A stretch of DNA of 64,000 nt, filler included, from Stramenopiles sp. TOSAG23-6 (lineage: Eukaryota): the NCBI GenBank assembly GCA_900128565.1. It is 9 parts of 9 records of this genome, joined end to end, with 100 filler letters (N's around TTAATTAATTAA, not from the genome) between each part and the next. Parts side by side here need not be neighbours in the genome. Positions count along the whole stretch, not along the records: positions 7,204 to 14,301 come from LT636610.1; positions 14,402 to 21,494 come from LT636611.1; positions 21,595 to 28,675 come from LT636612.1; 6 more parts are not named here. The stretch is one strand, 5' to 3'. Shown in pieces: positions 10,940-24,240 of this stretch (position 1 is the stretch's first letter; every line of letters begins with the position of its first letter). The notes beneath the pieces were generated by a model. The model saw only the letters and a program-made list of their open reading frames with translations, did not search any database and had not been told where the DNA came from. The position numbers were made by a program, and so were the translations under genes.

Positions 10940-13900
10940 TTAAAAGAATAATGCAGTCACAAATGCTATCAAAAATGATAGTATTAAAACATTTGATTTC
11001 GACGCAGCGCCAATCGAGACGTCTGACTCTAAACTGTCATCAGGTTCATTCTCATCGTTCTTCCCTCCTCCAAAATTAGCCCCTTCATTTTTATCTTCAT
11101 CATTTTTATCTTCTGGGGTCAAAGTTTTCTCGACACACAAACCATCTCCAACCTTGCATTCTTTTATTGCATTATTAGTCGCTTCGCATTTTTTACCATT
11201 TCCTTGAGCTTCTGTAGTAATTTTGTACACAAGATTTGCACAATCTGCTGCACAACTCGATGGTGACCAAGCACCCACACAATCCAAATTCTTTGCGGTA
11301 CACGAACCATCTCCTTCCTTGCACTCTTTTATTGCATTATTAGCCGCTTCGCATTTTTTACCATTTCCTTGAGCTTCCTTAGTAATTTTGTACACAAGAT
11401 TTGCACAATCTGCTGCACAACTCGATGGTGACCAAGCACCCACACAATCCAAATTCTTTGCGGTACACGAACCATCTCCTTCCTTGCACTCTTTTATTGC
11501 ATTATTAGCCGCTTCGCATTTTTTACCATTTCCTTGAGCTTCCTTAGTAATTTTGTACACAAGATTTGCACAATCTGCTGCACAACTCGATGGTGACCAA
11601 GCACCCACACAGTCTGGCTCTGAACAATTAGCCTTGTTCTGAGAGTCCATGAAACAATATTTACCTGGGTCACAAATTGAATCAGCCCCACAAAAGCATT
11701 TTGTAGTAATTACTTGGGTGTCAGAATCATTGCAAGTCAATGGCCGTGCTTCATCATTGCATGATGGTTGCTTGTCAGTTGTTTTCATTTTGTAACAGAA
11801 CTTACCAGCTTCACATGATGAAGTACCGCAAGTACATTCAGTGAGAATCTTACTGTTGGTGTTGCCAACTGTATTGCATTTTGGATGTAGATTACATGAA
11901 TTTGTATCCTCGAGTTCCTTCTTAAAACAAAATTTACCAACGTCGCAAGATGATGCACCACATTTACATGGTGTATCGGTAATTGCAGTTTTATTCTTGG
12001 CAGCACATAATTGAACCTTGGCACTATCAAAACATGTTGAAGCATTGCCTTCATCCTTATAACACCATTTCCCGATTTTACATGAATCAGCTCCACAAAA
12101 ACATTCTTTACTGATCTTAGTAGACTCACTATCAGAACATTTTGGAAAGTTGTTGCATGAGTTCTTAACATCGCCATCTTTTTTATAGCAAAAGGAATTC
12201 ACTGCACAAGACGCCGTATCGCCACATTTACATGCTTCAGTAGCAATTGCAGTCTTATCTTTTGATACACAGTCTTGCGACGATGTTTTTGCAAACTTGT
12301 TGCACGAGTTTTCAGTTGAACCAAGCTTTTTATAACAAAAGCTGCCTGTTTTACAACCAACGCCACCACATTTACAATCTTCTCCAGTAATTTCAGTTTT
12401 ATCTTTTGGTACACAGTTGGATAAACATTTTGTGCAAAAGTTCCCGCCACAATCGATATCTGTTTCATCTCCATTCTTTGCACCATCAGTACACTGATCA
12501 ATACATTCGCCATTTTTTACAGAACAGGGAACATCTGGATTTGTTGGACAATCTTTCCCTTTACCAGATTTAGGTGTCTGAATCAAAAAAATCCTTTTGC
12601 ATGGATTAATTCCTGCACTGCATGCTCCCCATCTGCCTGAACAATCAATATTTAGTGGACACGATCCCCAGCCCGGTTCGCACTGTTTTGTCTTGTTAAG
12701 ATTTTCACATTCTTTTCCATTACCTTGTTTGGCTTGTGTTACAACAAATTTTTGTGATTCACAAGAGCTTGGACATTCCGCAGGTGACCATTTCCCTTCG
12801 CAATCTTTGTCTACACTATCATCGATGACTTTACATTTGCTTTTATCACACGTGGACTTCTCCTGGTCAGTATGTGGGCATGCTGCTCCGCCATTGGACG
12901 CAGCGCGAGATATCACATAAGTCAATGGATCACAGCTGTTGGAGCAAGTACTCTTCTTTACATTTCCGCGTGTTTTTGACATTTCTTGTAGCCATGATTC
13001 TACCTCGGCATTATTTGGCTCATACATCCAACCACCTGAAAATTAAAATATATGTGAACAGTTTTGAAATGAGTATGAATGAGTGATACATGTTGAGTTG
13101 ATGATATATAAAATAGTCAATGGAAAATAATTGTTACATACCAACTCCACCTTCAAATTTTCCGTTAGCATCGTCTGTTCGCGCTTTAATCACCATATCC
13201 GAAAAGTCTTTTGCTTTCAACATTCCATTCGAGGCGTGGCCTTTCATTTTTACTGGTTTTCCGACAACTATAGATTTACTTGGAATTCCTTTCGAAACTA
13301 GTTCTTTGACTGAAGTACCTACAACTGCAGAAATTTTGTCACTTTTAACAAATAGCTGATCATAGTCCATATATGTGCCCACGCCTTGGTTGTAATATTG
13401 TATAAATAAGTAGTCGAGATCACTTCCAGCTTGCTTCCAGATTTCAACATACCCTGCTTTTTCATTTTGAGTCCATTCTGGAGAAAAATACGGCCCCTGA
13501 GGTGCGTGGGAGATGATAAATTTTGTCTTTGACGTATCTGTATTTGCTATAAATCTTGCCTTTTTCGAGCATGCGACAGCCCAATCAACAAAAGTCCCAT
13601 CTTTCATTGGTGTGAAATTCCCAGGTGTGAGCTCCAAGTCAAAGTCAATTCCATCATACTTGTTTTCGAGGGCATAGTCTGCGGCAGCTTTACCATATTC
13701 ATCACCTGTTGGAGAGTTCTTTGATACATAGTTTTCAATAGGTTCAGTTGCACCACCTGCAGCAATCATAAGGTAAGCACCCTTATCATGAATATATTTC
13801 AAACAAGCATCTTTTTTCGTATCTTCGAGGTTTTGCCATTCTGTAGCTGCATCTGCCACTTTATCATAAAACCAAAAACCAAGGACAACTTCAGTTGCAC

Positions 13901-14301
13901 CCAAATCAACAGCTTTCTTGATATCATCATCTAATTTACCCCAAGTGACCTTCCAATCAATGTAAATCACGACGCGCTCAGATTCTTTTGGTGTTGAACT
14001 CCCATCTGCTTTTTGTTCAGTCGGTGGCTGCCAGCTTCCAACACATGATTCAGCAGGTGGACAACTTCCGTCACCTGGACTACAATCTACTGTCTTATCT
14101 TTATTCTCACAAGTTCCACCATCCTTCTCAACCTTGGTAACATTGAACTTTAGTGTCTTGCAGTCACTCCCACAGACCTTTTCGCCATTTACACCATTCT
14201 CCCAGACCCCTTCGCAGTTACTAGCAGTTGATCCACTATTACTTGGTGAACATTCCGTAGTATTACCAGGGCACAACTTTTTGCCATGTACTTCTTGGTA
14301 T
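10940..14301 (-). CDS. GH18 chitinase-like surface protein with thrombospondin/spondin-like and other Cys-rich repeats and a probable GPI signal, 5'-partial. Canonical GT-AG intron at 13036-13141
   Basis: AAGGA and YDGIDFDLE (GH18 DxxDxDxE), IQYYNQ. Splicing gives FEGGVGGWMY. DCxGxWSxC repeats and a hydrophobic C-terminus follow. Confidence 0.85.
11150..11612 (-). repeat. Three near-identical ~168-bp coding tandem repeats (56 aa, TSP-like)
   Basis: DCVGAWSPSSCAADCANLVYKIT(K/T)EAQGNGKKCEA occurs three times with almost identical DNA. Confidence 0.9.
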
Positions 14302-14492
14302 NNNNNNNNNNNNNNNNNNNNNNNNNNNNNNNNNNNNNNNNNNNNTTAATTAATTAANNNNNNNNNNNNNNNNNNNNNNNNNNNNNNNNNNNNNNNNNNN
14401 NATTTCAAAAAAAAAAACTAAAATTTGTTAGGTACAAAATTTACTATAAAAAAAATTTCAATTTTTTTGTAAAAAAAAAAAATAAAACATAC

Positions 14493-17400
14493 ATCCCATC
14501 TGTAATCCAATAAATCGTGCAAATCATATAAAGTGCAAATACCATCATTTGCTGCTTTTGTTTCGTAACCATTAATGTGAACAAGCCATTTTTTTCGTAT
14601 TTCTAATTGAATGATTGCTTTTTCAAGCTTATATTTTTCTACTTCAAACATTCGAATATACTGTGAAAAAATATTTTAAAAATTCATTAGACATTTTGTT
14701 AGGTATGAAATTTGTATGAAACTTTTATGAAATTCAAAAAAAAAAAAATCAATTGAAACCCTAACCCTAAGGGTAGGCTTATAACTTTGGGTTAGGCTTA
14801 CGTAGGGTTTACTATAAAAAACGTACATAGATTGAATGTAAATGTCCTTCCAAAACATTCTCATATCTATCGAAGCATTATAGTCTATGGAATCATCTTT
14901 TTGATCTATTTCTGTTTCTCCATTTTTAATTTGCAAAATTTCTATATGTCGAGATTGTAAAGTTTGAAATACCTCCTTTGTAATCTTTGCCTTTATATCT
15001 AAAGGTATATCTAAAGGTAATTTGATATCTGCAGATATAACAGGTCCTGCTTTTTCTTCTTTCTCAAAAACATCATATGATTGAAGTATTTCTTTGAGAT
15101 CATCAATTTTTTCAGGAATAGGAAAATGAATATCAGGGCAATTTGGGTTTTCTTTCATATCCATAAAAGTCTTTTGGAGAGCTTTCTTCATATCTTCAAT
15201 GGAATTTATATTAATTGGTTTGAAGAATTTTTTAAAACTTTTTTTAAAACAGTCAACATATGTTTGATTTTCTAAAAGTGCTGCATGTAATGCTCTTTCT
15301 GAATTCTTCAAGATATCACCTAACAATGATGCTTCATCTTTTTTTGTAGGAAGTTTCATGAGGGCTAAAATACTTTTCAGTGTGGTCTCATAAAATTTAT
15401 CTTCAGCTTTTACAGTTATCCCATTCTTATATTGCTTGCCGTACAATATTTCTAATAAATCATCCCTTTGTTTATCAACCGATTCAATTTCCTTTTGAAC
15501 TGTATCCAATGTATCAATTTCAGGATTTATTTGTACCTTTTTTAAGTGAGTATATATTTGGTCATCATTGGGAAACGACAATGCACGAAATCTAGGTATG
15601 TCTACATTTGCTTTTACTTTTTCAAGTTGACGTTTAAGTTTTTCTGTTAAATCTTTTTGCTCAGCCGTCGGCAAGACTACATTACTATTTAGTTTTCTAA
15701 TATGCATTTTGACTTGTTTTTCAAGTTCTGCAACTTGTTTAAACCTATGTTGAACATCGGAGAATCTAAAACCTTCTGGTTGTTGGTTTTGTTGTTCCAA
15801 GATTTTAACATTATAATATCCTAGTGAAAGGTGCTCTTGTTCAATGTTTAAATTAATTCCATCCATTCCTTCAAAATGTATTGCCTCCCCAAAGCCATAT
15901 AAATACTTGTTAAAGAATCCTTTGTCACTGTCTGTTCTGGGTTCTTTTGTTGGAATAAAAAATTTGGATTTGATTCTTTCAAATTTTACTTGAGCATTCA
16001 TTCCTACAGTGGAAAATATTGAGGCTTTCTTTTTCGCTGCTTCTTTTACTTGAGCATTCATTCCTACAGTGGAAAATATTGAGGCTTTCTTTTTCTCTGC
16101 TTCTTTGTATAATTTATACTGCATTAAAAGGTCATAATTAAGTAAACTTAACTTCTCTATAGCCACTCTATAGATGTAATCATCAAAATATTCAAAATTT
16201 TGCTCTCTTCTTTCTAATTTGCAGGTGTCTTTCTCTTCTCCCTTCGTACGTTCATGTCCAATACGGGTAGAAAAACGGGCAGGGTCGAAGTATTTCCAAA
16301 AGCCCTCTGGCGTGTAATCGGCCTTTTTACCTCTTACCTTGACCAAATTTTTTTTGGGCTCGAATGTTTTGACTTTGAACGTCTTCTTATTCACTTTATG
16401 CTTCACATGCATCCCCACCCTGATTTCCAGAGGGTCGAAGTGTTTCCAAAAATCCGCTTTCGTGTGTTTGGCACTACGACCTGATACCTGGATCAAATTG
16501 GGCTCGACTGTTTTGACTTTGTACGTCTTCCCCGTCTTCTTATGCTGCACACGCATCCCCACCGTTATTACTTTTGGTATTTTTGGTGTTTTTGGTGTGT
16601 TTTGTCTTTTTTGTCTTTTTTGTCTTTCTTGTCTTTTTTGTTTTTCACTTTTCATTTCTGAAAGTGATTTACTACATTGCTCAAAATCCGAATCTACATT
16701 GGTAAGAGGATGTTTCTTATCTTTATTTGAAAATTTGCAATTAAAGCCAAATAAAACCTGTGTTGTGAAAAACAAAAATCGTCAGATGCTTTTGTAAGGT
16801 ATAAAATATTTTTAACAAAAAAAAACTGAAATCAAATGAATGATGAAAAACGTATCGAAAAAAAACTCAAAAAAAAATTAAAAATTTCTTAGGTACAAAA
16901 TTTCGTATGAAAAAAATAAATTTGAAATGAATGATGAAAAACCTACATGAGTTTCTTCACGTGTTATTCCTTCCTCACATGACATTCCAAATGATTTTGG
17001 CAAACATTTAATATCATCAAAATTATACACATAACAATACGCTCTTTTTAAGTACGACGCCGCTCTTGCATATTGAGACTGTATTCTAATACTGTGGTGT
17101 AAGTGATGCGGTACTTCTGAACAAGATTTATTACGATGTATTTTGGAAAAATATTTCAAAAATTTTCTATAAAAAATTTGTTAGGTACAAAATTTTCTAT
17201 AAAAAAAAAATTCGATTTTTTTTTCGGTAAAAAAAAAAAAATTAAAACATACTTCACTGAGGGTATAATCACCATCTTGGGACAATCCAATTTTTGAAGT
17301 GATTATTTTTCTCAGAGAAATTGTTTTTTCTGGGGTTTCTAAGTTAGGTATTTTTAGTTTATCTTTTTCAAATTTATTTTCTTCGCGTTCAAAATCTGAA

Positions 17401-19410
17401 TATAAAAGTTTATGTATTTTGGAAAAATATTTCAAAAATTTTCTATACAAAAAAAATTTGTTAGGTACAAAATTTTTTATAAAAACCAAAAAACCAAAAA
17501 ACCAAAAAAACCAAAAAAAAAATCGAATTTGAAAAAAAATTAAAACATACATTAAACCTATAAAAAATCTGAGTTAAGATTTTTGGAGTGTTTTGTGATG
17601 ATTCTTCGTCTTTTGGCATGTTTTTCATTCTCCATACATTATATGCATCAAATAGTGATTTTTTTACTTTTGTTTTATACACAGAACCAAATTTTTTTAT
17701 ATACTTTCCAATATGTTCTTTCAATTCGTCGTCTTTGTTTTTAAAGTTATTTTTGCATTCTGGATAATTACTAGTATGTAAAAAATCTAAAATTCGGTTG
17801 ATATCTTGTCGAAATTTTTCATCAGTGCCAAGAATTGTGTTGACAGTGTCGTCATCTACCTTCATTTCCAACACTTGAGACAATTGGTCATGTATTTTGG
17901 AGAAAAAAAAAATTCAAAAAAAAATTGTTAGGTACAAATTTTTTATAAAAAAAAAACATTTAGACAAAAAATTTGAAAAAAAAAAATTAAACATACATGA
18001 TGTTGAAATGTTGAAACAGCAATTGCTTCATTCAACAAAGATTGAAAAATATGAGAATGATGATTAGAATTAGACCCATTTTGTTGAATATTCACATGGT
18101 TCTCTGCCAATTGTATCATTTTTTTCCATATAAAATCTGTAATAAAATCATCCAATGGATTTTTCATTTGAAGTTCAATAAATACTTTTCGTCTCTGAAT
18201 GTATTTTGGAAAAATATTTCAAAAAAAAATTTTGAAAATTAGTTAGGTACAAAATTTCGTACGAAAAAAAAAAAATAAATTCGAAATTGAAAAAAATAAA
18301 ATAAAACATACATTCGATTCTGTGCATCTCGAAAACGCATTTCATTCGGTAAGGTAATGAATTGCATTTCTTTTGGCAAATTTGTAATTAATATTCTATT
18401 CAAATCTGTTGAAATAACTTTTGTGCTACATTGACCTTTACCAAATGCAATATTGTACAAATGCAGAATTGATTTCATGTATTTTGGAAAATATTTTCAA
18501 ATGTTTTTTCGTTAGGTACAAAATTTCGTACGAAAAAAAAATCGATTTTTTTGAAAAAAAAAGTAAAACAAACATTTCCTCTTTTGCAGGTTCTGTTGTA
18601 AAATCATCCAACTCCTCTTTACCAATGTATTTTGGAAAAATATTTCAAAAACAAATTAAAAATTTGTTAGGTACAAAATTTCCTAGGAAACCGAAAACAA
18701 ATAAATTCAATTTCAATTTCAATTTAAAATTTAAAAAAAAAAAAAAAACATACATAATAATCCATCTACAATTGTTACTAGTAATAGAGTTACCTGTGAG
18801 TAAATTAACACATGTATGTGATTGTTGGCATTCATCTTGGGTCCGCTCTTTGCCATTTTTTCCATTTTTAAAGCGACAGCAAGTATTTTGGAAAAATATT
18901 TCAAAAAACAAATCGTTAGGTACAAAATTTCCTATAAAACAAAATAGACAAAAAAAATCATACAAAAAAAAAAAATAAAACATACAATTCGCTTTAACTT
19001 CATTTTGATTTTCTTCCTCCAAAAAACGAACATTATTTGCAATATTTGCAATATTTGATTGATTTGTTTGTTGTATTTCAAAAATTTCTTCAAGACTGTC
19101 AAATTGATTGCGTTCTCCACACAGTCTTGTTTTCCCAGTTGCCATTGTTTTAATTTTTTCGATTTTTTTTTCTAACTTTTTAATTTTTGATATTGTTCTG
19201 TCCCTTTTTATGTTTGTCATCTGTTCATTTATTACTTCTAAATCAATCTCACAAAGTGATTTATTCTGAGAGCTAATGTCTATAATATTAACAGCCTCAT
19301 GTAAACAATTTAACATATCATTATCTGGAATATATTCAGAATGTTGAATACCTTTGACTAATTTTTTTGCTTTATCTTGTAAATGATTTTTACATGTTTC
19401 ATTGGACTCT
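14493..19410 (-). CDS. Large multi-exon protein of unknown function, partial. Introns at 18881-18985, 18625-18753, 18477-18573, 18199-18311, 17890-17996, 17412-17550, 17136-17252, 16758-16946, 14656-14826 and from 14492 to the gap
   Basis: Removing the motif-bearing introns joins successive ORF fragments into one stop-free frame. No domain recognised; the 5' boundary is uncertain. Confidence 0.7.
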
Positions 19411-20061
19411 TTGAAACATGTTTTGTGAAATGATATATTGTACAATTGAATGTTTTTGTTATAATGAAAGAAGCAGACAAATAAAAACACATAAAAAAGA
19501 AAGAATAATCATTCATTCAACAATTATACACGTTTCAAAATGTAAAAATGGGAAACATACAATCACAATTTTCCTTCGTCAATGGATCAACATCATAATC
19601 ATCATCAGCATCATAATCATTCAAAATACATCTATATCTCTCCGCTGGATCTTTACATATATCGATACACTTATAGTTTACTAACTCATTACAAAGGTTT
19701 GGGATTCTTTTTACAAGTTGACGCTTTTTGATACCATCAAAGATTGAATAAATTTCTCTCGCAGATGTTTTGTGAAGAATATGTTTTTTTTCTGTTATAA
19801 ACAATATTTATTAGGAGGTGTGAACAAAAACAAAAAGGAAGAAAAATCAATTTTGTTTTTCTGTTATAAACAATATTTATTAGGAGGTGTGAACAAAACA
19901 AAAAGGAAGAAAAATCAATTTTGAAAACGTAGTCAATACGAAACACTCAAAACAAAATTATGATGAAAATAAAACAAAACCATGATGAAAACAAAACAAA
20001 ATCATGATGAAAACAAAATCATGATAAGGGTTTAGGGTTAGGGTTAAGAAAAACGACATAC

Positions 20062-21494
20062 ACGCTTCAGACAGATTTGAGACATTTTCTGTTTCTTTCA
20101 GTTGCACAATACTTTCAATTTGTCGTTCAGCAACTTCTGAGACTTTTCCATGTAATTCAAATATTTTTTTCATAAAACTATTCTTTTCCAATTCTCTGTA
20201 AACAGCTTCTGATTCGCGTAATGCCTTCCGAGATGCTTTTCTTATTATAATTTTACGTACAGATTTTATAAAATGTCCAATCTTTTTAGGAATATTTTCA
20301 AATTCAACCAATCGAGAAGCAGCCTCAGCAATTATACCCGTAGTTTCGATAGATTTTGATACTGTGTCTACTTTTCGAATAGCTGCTTCGGTGCATTCGG
20401 CTAACAATTGAATATCTTTTATATTTCGTAAATAGATAAGTTTTGCAATGTAAGTATTGTACATTTTGCGTATCAAGTCTAATGATACCCATATACCATC
20501 AAAGTTTATTGAAGTTACATGTAATATTTGCAAAGCAATATATTTTTGTGCATGATACTGTTTCAATTTTAATGATTGCACTGCTTCCTCCTTCCGAGCA
20601 GACACCTCTGCTGTAAAGTTCACCAATTCAATTGATTTGTATTGGAGTATTGCATTTGTATTTCGCCAAGATGCTTCAGCAGCATTCACCGCATTGCCTT
20701 GCGTATTACGTTGAATGATTTGTTTACCAAGGATCTTGAATTTATGTTTGACTTTCGCTACAATTTCAATCTTTCTCGCTGCGGTCTCAGATATTATACC
20801 AAATAATTCAATTGATTTATTTTTGAGTAATGCTTCCACAACTCTCGGTCCTACTTCTACTTCATTTACCGCTCTGCGTTTTTCATTTTGAATAATGATT
20901 TGTCTACCAAACCGTTTAAATTTAGTTTTATCTTTTACCCCATGTTCGATTAATCTAGTAGCCGCTTCAGCTGTTACACCTGCTAACTCAATTGCTTTAT
21001 GTCTACTACCTGTAACGGCCACTCTCAACGCTGCTTCCGCATCTTTCACTGATTTGAATTTTAAGTTTTGTACAATTACCTTTCTCACAAACATTTTGAA
21101 TTTTCTCTTCTTGGATGATTCCATCTGTCTGATAGCAGATTCGGACAGTTTCGCAACTAATTCATTCGATGTATATTTATGTAAAGAATCCAGAATGTGC
21201 CATGCTGCTTCTGCTTCGTTGACAGCAGTGTCTACCGCAATACGTACAATTGCTTTTCTCCCAAGGAACTTGAATTTATCTTTGACTTTCACAATTAAAT
21301 CAATTTTTCTTTCCGCTGATTCCGCTGATACACCGGCGAATTCAATTGATTTACGGTTGAGCGCTTCATCTGTGTTTCTCAATGATGTTTCGGCTTCATT
21401 TGCCGCTTTATCTTGCGCATTTAGTAAAACTAATTGTCTACCAAACAGTTTGAATTTATCTTTGACTCTCATAATTAGTTCAAATTTTCGAGAA
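20062..21494 (-). CDS. Helical/coiled-coil internally repetitive protein fragment, 5'-partial; possibly an upstream part of the 14493-19410 gene
   Basis: Long ORF with ~59-aa repeats (KFKxxGRQ...AVNEAEA...KSIEL...EAAxR). A GTATG donor-like site lies near 20061. Confidence 0.6.
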
Positions 21495-21704
21495 NNNNNN
21501 NNNNNNNNNNNNNNNNNNNNNNNNNNNNNNNNNNNNNNTTAATTAATTAANNNNNNNNNNNNNNNNNNNNNNNNNNNNNNNNNNNNNNNNNNNNAAAAAT
21601 GTTTTTTTTTTGAATTTTTTTTTTTGAATTTTTTTTTGGTTTCATACGAAATTTTGTACCTAACAAAAACTTTTGTTTTTTTCAAATATGTTTCAACAAT
21701 ATAT

Positions 21705-22830
21705 GTTCATTTTGATGATGAAGAAGCTGTAATATACTATAATGATTGTATTAAAATTGCGACAACTTCTGCCTTACAAGAAATGTATCTTTTTTTTTTC
21801 AATTTTTTATCTAAATATTTTTCATAGTAAATTTTGTACCTAACAATTTTAAAAAAAAAATTTGAAATATTTTTTCAAAATATATGCTCATTCCTGGTTT
21901 AATGGCCATTTTTGCACCTGCAGTTGTCGGCTTTTTGCTTGGCGCACCAGCGCTGGCAGGTTTGCTCATTGGTGCATTAACATCTGGATTTATGTTGGCA
22001 GTTACAATGTACGTTTTTCATCATGAATTTATTAATTTATTTTTTTTTGTACGAAATTTTGTACCTAACGATTTTTTTTTTTTTTTTTTTTTAAAAAACA
22101 TGCCGAATGCTGGGGGGGCTTGGGATAATGCTAAAAAAATTTTTTTTTTTTTTTTTTTTTGACAAAACATGGCGAATGCTGGAGGTGCTTGGGATAATGC
22201 TAAAAAGTTCTGTGAAAAAGGAGGTTTAAATGTTGATGGAATCACTGACAGAGGTAAAGGCACTCCTGCTCATTCTGCAACTGTGGTTGGTGACACTGTT
22301 GGTGATCCTTTTAAAGATACATCAGGTCCATCATTGAACATGTATGTTTTTTTTTTTTTTTGGTAAAAAAATTTTGTAAAAAAAAAAAAAGAAAAAATAT
22401 TTTTTTTGTACAATATTTGATTTTTTTTTTTTTTAAATTTTTTTTTAAATTTTTTTTCATAGTAAATTTTGTACCTAACCAAAAAAAAAAAAAAACTAAA
22501 ATTTTTTTTTTGAAATATTTCTTCCGATACAGTTTGATCAAGTTGATGTCCATTGTAGCTCTTGTCCTAGCACCGTTATTCAAAACTTGTTGTCAAAGTC
22601 ATTTTGATACTACCGATGGTATAGTTGCAGGAATTGTTCTTTTTACATTGACAATTGTTTTATGCGCTATAATTTCGTATTTAATGAACAAATCAAGTGA
22701 ACAACGAAAACTTGAAGTTGATGCGAGAATGAGAGCCATCAACGGGAACCACAAACCTGCTTCAAGTAAAGCTGCAGTTGTCCCACAAAACGAGTCAAGA
22801 AGTCCAAATCAAACAGATTTGGTCAAGTAA
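21705..22830 (+). CDS. Membrane H+-translocating pyrophosphatase, C-terminal part. Exons 21705-21784, 21886-22008, 22171-22341, 22533-22830
   Basis: Spliced product reads [22 protein letters not shown] and [25 protein letters not shown]. Confidence 0.95.
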
Positions 22831-24240
22831 TTGACTTTATTCCTACTGTCGAGTATTGTTAGTAGTATATTATTGATATCGTACCATTTTTTTTTTTGAG
22901 ATTTAAATTTTTTTTTTTTTTTTTTTTCCGTAAAAAACGAAATTTTCGTAAAATACGAAAAAAAAAAAAAAAAAAAAAATTGAAAATGTTNTAACAAAAA
23001 ATGGTATGAAATTTTATGATACGAAAACTACATCATCGAATCGAATAGGAGAGAGATTGCATTGGCTCAATTGAAAGATCTGTACCTAATACCATACTTG
23101 AAACGTTTCGTCAATAATGAATGAAAGTGTTGAGTGTTGCTTTGTTATTATCGAAATGTTTCATAGAGAATTTTGTACCTAATAAATTTTCAATTGGCTG
23201 TCTATTATTATCATTTATTTTTTTTTAATTTTTTTTATCTTTTAGATGATTAGGTACAAAACAATGGTACTGAATCTCACAATGCGTACAACACTAATTA
23301 TTTTTTTTCTATTTTTTTTTTATTTTTTCATTATTTTTTTATTGTTTTTTTATTTTTCCTAATTTTTTCATTGTTTGTTCATTTAGAAGTCCAAAAAAGT
23401 TCTTGAGACTTACCAGTTGAAAGATCTCTTTTCAATTGAACGAATTGAATAAGATATTTTGTTGTCATTTAAAGTAAAAAATTGAGTTGTGATCGTAATA
23501 GTTGACGAATTTCAGTTGGTATTGAACCAGTAAATTGGTTACCAAACTGCCACAGTCTTTCGAGATTTGCTAGTTGACCAATTTCCGTTGGATCCAGAAA
23601 ATTTATTCGAAAATTATTCATAAAAAAAAAAATTAGTAAAATAAATAAATAAAAAAAAAATAATAAAAAAAAAAATTCAAAATTTGCAGGATCCGGGGGC
23701 TTTTTTCTCCCTGGATATCCTGCAAATTTATTCGAAAATAATTTATAAAAAAAAAAATTAAAAATAAATAAAAATTTAATAAATTAGACATTGGACAATA
23801 TCACAAATACGTAAAAATTATTTCATTACAAAAAAAAAATTTTTTAATAAAATAAATCTGAGATATAGAAATTTCAGAAAGTAACGTAAATAAAATCTCA
23901 TTTTTTCGTCGACGAAAAAATGAGAAAGTAACGTAAATAAAATCACCACTTTTTTGTTCAAAAAAATCGAACAAAAAAGTGGTAAAAACAGGTTTTTTTT
24001 TTCCCTCATATATCGGCAAAGTAATAAAAAAAAAATATTTTATATTGAATCTGCCAAATATATTTATACATTGAATTTATCAAAAGTTAATGTACAGATC
24101 CCAGAATTTCTTTTTTGATTACCGGGTTCCGAACCTTTTGGTAAGTTGCCACACCATTTATATTATATATAGTTTCATTATACTCTTCTTCGTCAAACAA
24201 GAGCTTTCCCCGACACTAGTCATATGTTCATAGGGACGAG

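Noticed and set aside
16860-19000. CRISPR-like array (TTAGGTACAAAATTT repeats with unique spacers)
   Set aside because: Spacing is irregular and long, the spacers are in-frame exons, the context is eukaryotic, and there are no cas genes.
22100-22140. Duplicated PPase exon start ([13 protein letters not shown]) as an alternative exon
   Set aside because: It is a degraded copy between poly-T runs and most likely a low-quality-read assembly artefact.
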